Origin: the human T2T-CHM13v2.0 reference genome, Homo sapiens
Assembly: GCF_009914755.1 (NCBI RefSeq)
Contig: NC_060936.1
Direction: 5' to 3' (one strand)
Length of the DNA: 64,000 nt
The position numbers were made by a program, and so were the translations under genes. A model generated the notes under the pieces. It made no database searches. It was not told the origin of the DNA and saw only the letters and a program-made list of their open reading frames with translations. Shown one piece after another: positions 52,893 to 64,000 of the stretch. Each line of letters starts with the position of its first letter. Within the stretch, counting starts at the first letter, position 1.

Positions 52893-55800
52893 GTAAGTGA
52901 TATTCTCCCGGGTTGTGCAGATGGGCTAGGGGTGTTGGAATCCCAATTGTGATGTGTGTTCATGAGCTGGTGGGGTAAAGGGTAGTTGGGAGGAGAAGGG
53001 TATCGAGGAACGACTATGCTTATTTGCCTACATCCTGCAGTGTTTTATCACCTAAGCGGCATCCCAAAGCCAAATGAGATTTTGGCTTAGTGCCCAGGGA
53101 GGGGGTAAAATGTGCTCATGTTGTAGGCAATGCGATCAAGATTGTGGCTTCTGCCCAATTTGCCCTCTCCTTTGCAGCAGAAGCTGGTGAAAGTAGCCGG
53201 CAGTTCTCTGAGAGAGTTAACCCTTCGTGGGGCTGGCTAGTCTAGCATGGAGGGACTCTGGGTACTCTGACTTAGCAAGTGAGTGCTTATCCCTGGAGGG
53301 GAGGGGGTCACCTGAGACTGGAAGGGTAACTTTTGCCTGGGCACACTGGGTAAGATTTGCACAGGACAGAGCTTAGATTGTACCCTCTTCTAGGAACAGC
53401 TGAGTAATTTAATTGTGGTGATTTTTGCGAGGTTGGCTGTTCACGCTTTCCTGAGATGGAAGACCTGGGAGCCAGGAAAGGGCCACACTATGCCTGGGAT
53501 GAGTGGTCAGGCTGGCCAGAAGGGAGCAGCCACTGCCTGCAGAGGAGATGATGTTTTATTTTCACAGGTGGCGTAACCTGTAAGTGATTGTATGGGGGAG
53601 CGTCCTGGCACTAGCTTGGGAGATTCTATCCTTGAGTTCATCTCAGAAGGAAGGAGGGGAACAAAGCTTGTTCAAATTCTGGGGAAAGATTCCAGGCTTC
53701 AGCTTCAGTTTTGTTCCAGGGTAGACCGTCCCCCTGCACTAGTTTCTTTTTCCAAGATCCTGATGGGGAAAGGCTGCACCAACCTGTTAGTGAGTGGGAA
53801 GTGGAAGTACCTTGAAATTGAATCCAAAAGCTCACATTTAATTTTGAAATGCTTTTGATGCTAATCTGCTACCCATCAAAAGGGGATTTCACTTTGCTTT
53901 CTGCTTTGATTACATCTACTTTTCTGGAAATGAATGCCCTTGTTTTTAGCATTTTTGCTATTATCTCAGGGGCCACCTCAGTGTTCTGCACCCCCAAGGA
54001 TTTCCTTTTTAGATTCTTGCTCTTGGAGGTGGGAGGAATAAAACAACAGTCAGAGATTGGCAAGCCTGAAATATAAGCAGGGTTCACTCATTCTTTTTTT
54101 CTCTAGCCCCATAGCTAAGAAGAGATGCTGAAATCCCACAGCATGTGCCTGCTCAGGCAGGACATATGAGGCAGAAGAGGAGGGTTGTCTGGTGGTTAGT
54201 GTCAAAGATTTGGTTCTCAAAATCCCTAACTTCTCTTCCTAGCTTCTCTTGCTGGGTGACCTTGAGGAGGAAGTTGCCTTAGATTCCTCACTGGGAAGAC
54301 TTGAGTGTGAATAATGAATGTGTGGAAATTTTGTTCAAAAAAAGAACCACATATCTGGCTATGGGTGATATTTAAAGTATTGAAATTTGGTACTAATCGA
54401 TCAGAATGGCTAGGGTCCTGGAATAGGGCATCTTAGGGGGCCCCTGCTGTACTGAGTGTTAATCTTTTAATTGCTGGATTATGGAGAGGTTTGGGGGGAT
54501 CTTAGGGGGCTATCAAGAGAGCCACGAGGCCTCAGGGCAGCATCCCCATTTAATTTTAATATTTATATTTTATTTTAATATTTTTAACAACTGGTTTAGC
54601 CATGCAGTACAGGCCAGCCCAGCTGGGATAGCTAATACTTGGGTGTCCAGATGTGGACACTTCCCAAATATCTCTCCACTGGGTCACTTCCTTAGGGATG
54701 GCCAAGATCCAAGAGGCCGCCCTCCCTCCTCCCCCATCACATTTGAAGTGGTGCATTGTGGTGCACCAGGGAAAGGGAAAGAGAAGCTTCTGGAAAGAGC
54801 CTTGGACTTGGGTCAGGAGACCTGGGTTCCAGTCCCAGCTGTCTCCCCTTTCTGGGCCTCAGCTTCCCCATCTATGCAATGGGGCAGTCTGTCTGGGTGG
54901 CCCTAAGTCCCCTTCAAGTTCTGGGGTTCTCTGACTATGAGATAGGTATGTGTGTGAGTGTGAGTGACTGCACATGCCCACATTTCTAGGAAGGGTTAGC
55001 ACTGTGCTTGAGAATTTATCCTGTGTCGGGGAGAGGCCCTGTTTGGGGTGATTGGGGATAGGGGAGTCTCTTGTGAGAACTTTGCTAGGTTTCTAGAATC
55101 CTGAGCTCAGCTGGAAAGGGGTCTGCTTTATTTATGGCCTCAGATGCACAGAGATGTAGATTTTGCAGCACTTGAAGGCTCCAAAGAGACTCTTCTCAGG
55201 AGTAGCAGCAAGGACTCCTTGGAGAGGCTCTGCTCTGAAAAGATGCATATACACACAAACACACAACATCAGGGGGTTAGTGGATCCTCAATAATGCCCA
55301 TGTGAGCACCCCCCCAAGTTCAGGACCTCTGATTTAGTCTAACCCTTTCCAGGGGGGCCCAGAGAGGAAAAACAATTTGCCCAAGACCACACAGTAAGTT
55401 ATGGCAGCAACATATAAACCCACCATTATGAAGACCAAGGCATCATCCCCTCACTCCTGGCTCCAGCAGCCCCTACTCCCCCAGTCCAGCCTGAGGTACA
55501 GAGGAAGGATGTTCAGCAGTGTCTCTCCAGCCCGTGCTGGTAATCAGGAAGCTTAGCCATGGAGACAAATGTGGACATTTCCTTTCTTGTTGGCAGGAGA
55601 GAGGCAGCAGACAGAGATTCTGTGATTCCACAGGGGTAGCCTGGAAAGTCAGTGCCCCCAGCCTACTCTGCCTTTCTCCTTCTTATTGCTCCGTACACAG
55701 ACTGGCTGCTTTGTCTGAAGATGTGCATTTGGTTGGGGTGGCTGCTCTTGGGCTTTCTTTGTAGGCTGTGACATTATGCTTTAACTCTTTCCCTCTCTGT

Positions 55801-56169
55801 GAATGGGTCCTACAGAGTTTATGGCTTTCCAATAAAAACCACCATGACACATGGACCTGTCTTCTGCCCTTCACCCTCATTCAGTGGGGAGCTGATTGTA
55901 ATTGCAGATAAGCCAGGAATTGATGTGAAGCCAATGAGAAGAAAACAGTGTGGTTTATTTCTGTTAAGAGCTGTGGCCATAATCTGGGATAAAAATAATT
56001 CTGGGACCCAGTCATGGTGGGCTGAAGCTGATGATTTTAAATAATTCAGCTGCCACCCAGGATGGAGAGCCTTGATGTGCTGAAAGAGTGAAGGAGGTAC
56101 TGCAGAAATAGCCCCCTTCTTTCTGTGCCTCACACCTATCTACCTTCTTAACCAGCCAGGGGCTGCAGT

Positions 56170-56520
56170 GTGGGCTCTGGGGGCGGTCAGATCTTAGTTC
56201 TAATTTTGACTCTGGCATTTCCTTGCTGTGTGACTTCAGACAAGGCCCTTAATCTCTCTGAGCCTCAGTTTCTTCAATTAGGTGTATTAGGGTAGCATGA
56301 TATAGGGATTAAGAGGATGGGCTCTGGAAATAAATTTCTTAGGGTTAGATCTTGATCCTAGCACTTTCTGATTGTGTCACTTCACCTCTCTGGACCTCAA
56401 TTTTCCCATCTACAAAATGGGAATAAGAATGCAGTTGTGAGAATTTTAAGAGTTAATGATCACTTTATACTGAGTCTGGCAAGGAGTAAATATCCAACAA
56501 ATGTTCGCAATCGGGGCGAT
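56170..56520 (+). mobile_element. Two tandem MIRs
   Basis: TCTCTCTGAGCCTCAGTTTCTTC and CCTCTCTGGACCTCAATTTTCCCATCTACAAAATGGGAATAA. Confidence 0.8.
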
Positions 56521-57326
56521 GTTGGTGATGGTAACAGTGAAATCACCCCTGACCAAAACAAAAGTAGGGTGAGGTAGAGGAAGGTGAGTTCTTTGGGCTA
56601 GTTGTGTAGCTGTATGACTCACAAGAGGGAGGACAAAGCTTGGAGACAGGAGCTGCCAGCCCCTCTTGTTCCCCACTGCAGTTCCCCAGTTGCTGCAGGT
56701 CCCCATAACTCAGTTTCTTCATCTGTGAAATGGGCAAAATGACTCCCTCTCTGTTTGGCTTGTGAGGCTCTAAGCAACTAGCAGGGGAGTCATGAGCCTG
56801 GGGGGTAGGCCCCAGAGAAGAATTCTAGGAGGAGAAGCACTGGTGACCACTCAGTCTTTTGTTCCTTCAAGTCCCTGGGAGGTTTTTGCTGAATCATCCC
56901 AGGCTATAAGCTCTGAGCCGTGTATTTTCTCTAGGAAACCTGAGCCTTCCTTCCCTTCCCTGGGAAATGCCTATGGCACTTCTTTGTAGGAGTCCTCAGG
57001 TGCTACAGGGTGAGATCCTTAAGGGCCAAGGCTGTGATATCTTCATTTCTGGTGTCCGGGTCAGCACCCAGCAGGTGCTCAGCAATGACTTACTGAGTGA
57101 ATGAATGAATGAAGCTCAACTGATTTACTAGCGAACATGTCAGTTTGGGGCCTGTGGTCCAGCCAGAGGCCTGCATACAGTAGGTGCTCAGTTAGTATTG
57201 ATTATGATGAGTCAGTCGTTGGTGAAAGGTTTGAAAGGACTTGGCTCCTGCCTCAGATTTGCTACAGGCAAAGGACAGGCCTCTCTCTCTTCCTGCCATT
57301 GCTATTTATCATGCATTGCACATTTA

Positions 57327-57788
<462 letters not shown>

Positions 57789-58325
57789 TCAGTTCACTGA
57801 TACCTGAAATTTCCATCATTCAAGTTTCATTCTTTTTCTTAAGGCTCTGCTCTTGGTTAAAGAGCAGATGCTTTGGAGCGAGTTAATGCATCCAGCCTTA
57901 TTAGTCATTCACACTTTAATGAGAAGCTATAAGAGCCTTTCCTAAAAGTGAAGCAGGCTTGGTTTCTTGGAGCAGGGGGAGGGGGCTGCATTACTAGGCT
58001 TGTAGGCAAAAGAGGGGCAAAGAACAGAGAAAGGTGGATGTTGCTGGATTTACATTCTGTTGGGGGGTAAAAAGCTCTTGATGCCCGGAGTCATCTGATT
58101 TCCTTTCTGCTACTGAATCCCACAGGAGTGTGACCTGGATTTAGCATGTCGCTCCCATTCCCTGCTAACCTCAGACAATTCCAAGGAGTCATTTTTTGCT
58201 AGGCAGGACCCCAGGACTCAGTTTCTCAGGTAGATTTGTGGCAAGGCCTTAATAATCAGCTGTCCAGCCAGGCTAGGTCTTTGGGATTTGCAGGCGGTGG
58301 CTTTGAGAGTGAATGAAAAAAAAAA

Positions 58326-58732
<407 letters not shown>

Positions 58733-59269
58733 TAATTGTCTTGCTGTCATTGGTTTTAATGATATAACACACGCTTAAATCTCTTTGTAATGGAGCTCTG
58801 TCAGACTCTGGTTTAGTAATCCATCCAGTGAGCAAGATAACATGCCTCAGGAAGCTGGGTTTTTTACCACCCCCTGCAATTAATCAACAAGAGGAAACTC
58901 ATCTGACAGCATCATAATGATGTTTGGTTCATGAAGGATTTATTTAGAGAGCGAGGGGGGGAAATATCTTCTCATCTCTCAATATAATCTGAGTGAGTTC
59001 ATTCAGCTGCATTTTTCTTTCTTTTTCCTCTCTTTCTTTTCCTTTTCTTCCTTTTTAATGCACCTACACAATGACGAGTGGTGACTTGTGAATGGAAGCA
59101 GCTTTCAGCAGAGAACATATTATGTAAGCAGGTTTTGGTGCCAGCCATTGATGGCGGGGCGGCATTCTGGGGCTGCAGAGAAGAGAGATGGTTTCTCGAA
59201 GTTCGTTGGGAGGCTTTTCATGCAAGGTGCTGCCAAATGGCATCTGTGTGGTCCGCTCCATTGCACATC

Positions 59270-59575
59270 TTCCTCCCTGCCCCCTTTCCCCTTTCCGTCT
59301 CTGCCTTCCTGTGTTTTTCCTCTGTCACTGTGGTGCTAAGCCCCTAAGTCTCTGTCTTTATCTCTCCCCCTCTCTCTCCTTTTTCCCTGCCCCTGTCTCC
59401 TTACTTTTCCCACCCCTTAAATAATTCCCTGCTTTCTCCTTGCAGTCTCTCTTTTCTCCCCATCTTTCCCTCTCTCCCTTTCTCTCTCCTCTGCCCCTGG
59501 CCTCTCTTCCTTTCCTTTTCTCTCTCTCTCTCCGTCTTCCTCCTCTCCTAACTCCTCTGCCTTCCTCATCTCATC
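59270..59575 (+). repeat. CT-rich polypyrimidine low-complexity tract
   Basis: About 300 nt strongly dominated by C and T. Confidence 0.8.
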
Positions 59576-59652
59576 TTTAAGACACACAGAAATTACTTGT
59601 AAAGGGAATGCATTTGTGAATTCATGAGACTCCAGGTGATGAGGGCTCCAAG

Positions 59653-60089
59653 TAGGGTCACCAACCATTCAGCTTTGCTTGGAGCTGAAGGGGGTCCTGG
59701 GATATAGGACTTTGTGTTAAAACTGAGAGGCAGACCAGGGATGATGGCTCGCACTTGTAAATCCCTGCACTTTGGGAAGCCAGGGCAGGAAGATCGCTTG
59801 GAGCCAGGAGTTTGAGACCAGCCTGGGCAACATGTGAGACTCCTGTCTCTATAAAAAAGTTAAACAATTAGCTGGGCATGGTGGCACACACCTGTAGTCC
59901 CAGCTACTTGGGAGGCTGAGGCAGGAGGATCACTTGAGCCCAGGAGGCTGAGGCTACTGTGAGCTGTGGTTGTGCCACTGTACTACAGCCTCGGTGACAG
60001 GGTGAGACCCTGTGTCTAAAACAAAACAAAACAACAACAAAAAAGAATGGAAAGAGTACTGGGCAAACTGTGATGAGTTGGTCATCTTA
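59653..60089. mobile_element. MER94-like hAT-Blackjack MITE split by an Alu
   Basis: TIRs TAGGGTCACCAAC and GTTGGTCATCTTA; 8-bp TSD GCTCCAAG/CCTCCAAG. Confidence 0.75.
59732..60045 (+). mobile_element. Alu (AluJ-like)
   Basis: Full dimer with a (CAAAA)n tail. Confidence 0.92.
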
Positions 60090-60399
60090 CCTCCAAGCCA
60101 AATGCTTGGAATTTTGTAGAATTTTCAAAAAGCCAAAGATTCAGCTTTCTGGGTGAGTTGCCTGCCTTTCTGCTCTGGTGGCACACAGTGGTTCTGAAGC
60201 CCTCCCAGGCTTGGCATTCTCTGCATGGCTCCGGCATGGACTATCTAGACACACAAAGGCCTTTCCCTCAGAGCTCAGAGGTCAGTCATGGGCAGGAGAC
60301 TTACTCCCTTCACCTTCCCTAACCCCTGTCCCTGACAAGACTGATCACCCAGCTAGTTATTCGCTCATTGGTCACCCGGGGGATATAGGGTAGAGATTG

Positions 60400-60587
60400 C
60401 AGATGGTTCAATGCCCAAGCTTCTCAAACTTGAGCCTGCATCAGAACCCCTTGCAGGAGTTGTTAAAACACGGAGTTTGTGATTCAGTGGGACTAGGATG
60501 GAGCCTAAGAATTTGCACATCAAACGAGTTCCCAGGCAGTGTTGATGCTGCTGGCCCAGGGACCACACTGTGAGAACCCCTGCTCTA
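60400..60587. mobile_element. MER5A-like MITE
   Basis: TTCTCAAACTTGAGCCTGCATCAGAA...GGGACCACACTGTGAGAACCCCTG. Confidence 0.85.
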
Positions 60588-60619
60588 GACTCATTCCCCC
60601 ATTCCCTCCTTTCCAGACA

Positions 60620-61370
60620 AGTCTTGTACACTGTTCTAGGCACTGCAGACTCAGCAGTGAGGGAGCCGGAGTTCCCTGCCCCCTGAAGCCGACAGCCCAG
60701 TGGGTGGCAAAACCAATAAACAAGTAAACACATAAACAAGAAAACTCCAGACCGCGTGAAGTGCCATGAAGGAAGGAGATAGGAAGACTCGATGGAGAAT
60801 GACAAGTGATGGGTTGGGGGAGGGAGGGGCGAGACTAACTTATAAAAACAGCAGCCAGTGGAGGCTGAGTTTCTAGGAGGAAATAGCCATGAGTAGATGG
60901 TGAAGGGAGGGATGAGCCACACCTGGGAAGTGGGGGCAGTAAGTGCAAAAGCAGAGACAACTGTGGTGGCCCCAAGGGACAGACAGTCGGCTGGTGTGAG
61001 TGGGGTGAGGGTCACGTGATGGGGACAAAGGGAGACAGGAACAACAGGTTCAGATCAGGACCTCCAGATCTGGTTAGACAGGACCTCCCAGGGTAGCCAA
61101 GGAGTCTGGGTTCGATTTTATTTTGCAGGGAGCGTTTTATGCTAGAGTGATGTGACCTAATTTACAATGTTAGTAATGATTGTTTTGGTCTCTGAGTGGA
61201 GAGGGGAGTGCAGGAGGTGGGATGGAAGCCAGGGGACCAGTGAGGGGAGCTGTGATGGGGCAGGGACCAGGTGGTAGCAGAGAAGAAGGTGGTGACATTT
61301 GGGGTGAATTCTGCGGGAGTGCAGACGGGCTTTACTGATGGATCAGACATAAGGGGAGAAGGCCAGAGCA
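60620..61370 (-). mobile_element. L2 fragment
   Basis: CACTGTTCTAGGCACTGCAGA...GGGCTTTACTGATGGATCAGACAT. Confidence 0.65.
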
Positions 61371-62869
61371 ATCAGGGTCCACTCCAGTGGGACTGGAACT
61401 ATTCCTGGCAATGGTGCAGCAGTTGTGATCCTGGGGACATGGAGAGGGGCCTTGGCTGTAACCAAGGGCCAATGGGTTAAGAGACAAGAACCCAGCAGTG
61501 TGTGCAGAGTCAAGGCCGTTCAGGGAGCTCTGCAAATGCCCGTTCCACGCTAGCTAAAATGCACGGTTCCCCTCTCCCCGGAAGAAAAGGCAGCAGCGTG
61601 GGTTTTTTGTTTTTTTTTCTTTTCTCTCCCATGAATAGTGGCTGGATTAATCTATCAGCATGAAGCAGGATATCGTAACTTGGCAAAGGGGATGACACCC
61701 TGTGAAGTGGCAAGCTGGGGTGTCTGGCCAAGCCTTTCTCCAGGGGCTGCGGGAAAGGCTGCTGGATGTGATGGAAGACGTGAGCTTCTGGTGTCTGCAG
61801 CTTCCTCTCTGATCTGATCTGAACCTGTTGTTCCTGGAGCTAGCTAGGCCCATTCAAAAAAGAACCAGCCGGACTGGGCTTGCACCTAAGGATGAAAGCA
61901 GGAGAAGCCAGCATTTGGAGCAGGAGCTGGGCCCTTGGCGGGGAAGGAGACTCATCACACAGAGCATGCAGCAGGCTTGCCTTTCAGATAGAACCTGCCG
62001 CTGTTTCTGTAGATGTTCTTTCTTCCTTTTTCTTTTCCTTGGAAGGGTTTATCTGACTGGGCAGGCCTATGTAGCCAGCCTTGGCCAACTTCCGCAGAGG
62101 GGTCCAGGCATGTCTTCTCATCTGAACGATGGATAAGTGCTTCGAGGAAAGCTCCCGAGGGAGAAATAAATGGTGCACACTCGTGTTGGTGACCCGGAGG
62201 GGGACTGTGGTTTTAATTATAATGAGAGGGGAACTGGCCTCATTTGTAGCCTGTCTGTTATTCACGGAGGACTCTTGGGCTTTGTAGATTAGAAGAATCT
62301 TTGTTAGGGTGCGAGATGATGAGAGTTGAGTTATTTTTCCCTTCCTGGTACACAGCCATCATTGATCCTTGCCCGCCTCTTCCTCCATTTTTCATTATTT
62401 ATCCTCTTTTTTCCTCATACCCCATTCCCCTCCATTCATAGACAACCCTATTCTACTCTGTTTATGCGTATTTCTATTGCTTGTATATGTCCCTTCAAAA
62501 CAGTATTTTTATAGATCTCATAGGTTCTCACTTCTTTTCCACTCAGCAGTATGTTTTTAAGATCCATCCACGTTGCAAGGTGGCATCTAATCTTTTGCTT
62601 CTAATTGTTGCTTTTCTCCAAGGCATCAGTCCCCTATTTTTTTCTCCATTTTTCTTATGTGAGTTTCCCTCCAGCAACCCAGAGTATTTCTGAAAATTTT
62701 TTTCTCTGCGCTGGCCAGCTGGGATTCTTTCAGGACAGGAAGACTCATTTTAACAGAGATTTAATGATTGTTTGGGCAACACAGGTAGATGCTTTGCTCT
62801 TTCACTTTTGATTCTTTGCCTAACAAATGCTGAGTGTCCTCATGACATCAGACACCATGCATGCATAGA

Positions 62870-63070
62870 GGGAGGCAGAAGAGAGCAGCTGGTTCTGGAG
62901 CTGGGTGGACATGGGTTCGAATCCTGCCTCTGCTACCTACTGCCTGTGTGACCTTTGCCAAAGTGACTTAGTCTCTCTGAGCCTCAGTTTCTTCTGTAAG
63001 ATGGGGATAATGCTAGTATTCATTTTATAAGCCTGCTTGAGAGTGAAATAAGATGATGCCTAGTGTGCTT
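62870..63070 (+). mobile_element. MIR
   Basis: GGGTTCGAATCCTGCCTCTGC...CTCTCTGAGCCTCAGTTTC..TGTAAGATGGGGATAAT. Confidence 0.88.
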
Positions 63071-63154
63071 TGTGTGATTAAAGTTTTTTTAAACAGTCCC
63101 CTGGGTGGTTAGGTAAATAGATGTTTTTATCCCATCCAAGTTGTGCTGGGTCTG

Positions 63155-63278
63155 CCTGCTGTGCTGTGTGTGTATGTGCGTGAGTGTGTGTATGTGGTGC
63201 TGTGAGTATAGGGGGTATGGTGCGAGCATGTGTGTGTGAGTGGTGTGTGTGGGAATGTGTGAGTGCACATGTGTGTGT
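63155..63278 (+). repeat. Degenerate (TG)n tract
   Basis: Read directly. Confidence 0.8.
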
Positions 63279-63394
63279 TCAGGAGTGGTCCCCTGGCTCA
63301 GGCTGAGACGTTGCCCCCCTCTTAAATGGCTACTTCCCACTCTGTGTGGAGAGACCCTGCTCCCATCTGGAGTAGCCATGCTGGCTCCTCATCA

Positions 63395-63494
63395 CCTCTG
63401 TCCATTCCCCAGGGCCTCTGTCCACTCCCCAGGGCCTCTGTCCACTCCCCAGGGCCTCTGTCCTCTCCCCAGGGCCTCTGTCCTCTCCCCAGAG
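63395..63494 (+). repeat. 20-bp minisatellite, 5 copies
   Basis: Unit CCTCTGTCC(A/T)CTCCCCAGGG. Confidence 0.93.
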
Positions 63495-63960
63495 CCTGGG
63501 TTTCCTCCTGTAACACCGACGTTGCCTCTGAGAATAGATTGGTGAAAGCAGAAAGGCTCATTTTGTCCTGAACATGCTCAGAGGGTAAAAGCTCCAGCGG
63601 CTGGAAGTGGGAGTCCTTGAGTGGCCAGAGAGGCCCCCAGAAGCTGTCCAAAGCCTGGGATTGAGAAGACTCTAGATCTGAAAAATTCTTCCTCTGGTTG
63701 TCATGGCAGCGGGTCTGGATGGGAGCCTTTGTCCCAATTGGTTACTATGGGGTGGTCATTTCTGGTTAACACCAAGTGTGAGGGCAGCCCCAGGTCTCCA
63801 CAGCAGGGTGGTCTCTGATGCCCTGAGGGGCTCCTCACCTGCTTCCAGTGTTACATCACCCTATTGCTAGAAAGGACACTGAGTTAAGAGTCTGTCCATT
63901 TGGGTACAAGTTCCAGATGTGCCTGATAATTCATCCTCTCCCTTTCTCCCAGATGGAGAG

Positions 63961-63996
63961 AGGGAGAGGATGAATTATCAGGGAGAGGATGAATTA
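63961..63996 (+). repeat. 19-bp-period tandem duplication
   Basis: AGGGAGAGGATGAATTA x2, separated by TC. Confidence 0.85.
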
Positions 63997-64000
63997 AGGC

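Noticed and set aside
60365-61015. Longest ORF in the window (216 aa)
   Set aside because: It runs through MER5A and L2 relics, has a non-ATG start and shows no protein-like features.

Overview
Primate, most likely human, non-coding genomic DNA. It is dense in MIR and L2 relics, with about 16 Alus (J, S and Y types), many MaLR/ERVL/ERV1 solo LTRs, truncated L1 3' ends and a few hAT MITEs. No protein-coding exon is supported; the supplied ORFs are short and many come from repeats or microsatellites. The one clear genic structure is a CpG-enriched, neuronal-type promoter at ~52.1-52.9 kb on the + strand. It has a near-perfect REST/NRSF RE1 site (52151-52171), an adjacent CCAAT box, a GC box, a (GA)32 tract in the putative first exon, and a 121-nt non-coding exon (52772-52892) with canonical splice sites. 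From memory this matches the proximal promoter and 5'UTR exons of RPH3A (rabphilin-3A, 12q24.13). If so, the first 52 kb would be intron 1 of a longer isoform and the coding exons would lie beyond the window; BLAT is needed to confirm this. Notable observations not explained by the repeat annotation: an ancient ~160-bp dispersed duplicate (42.4/45.0 kb), a locally duplicated L1MA 3' end carrying a private insertion, a likely L1 3'-transduction, a zero-spacer inverted Alu pair near the promoter, an ARE/AP-1/E-box cluster and a candidate 12-nt microexon. Repeat subfamily names are from visual recall of consensus sequences and are approximate. I found no convincing novel multi-gene system.
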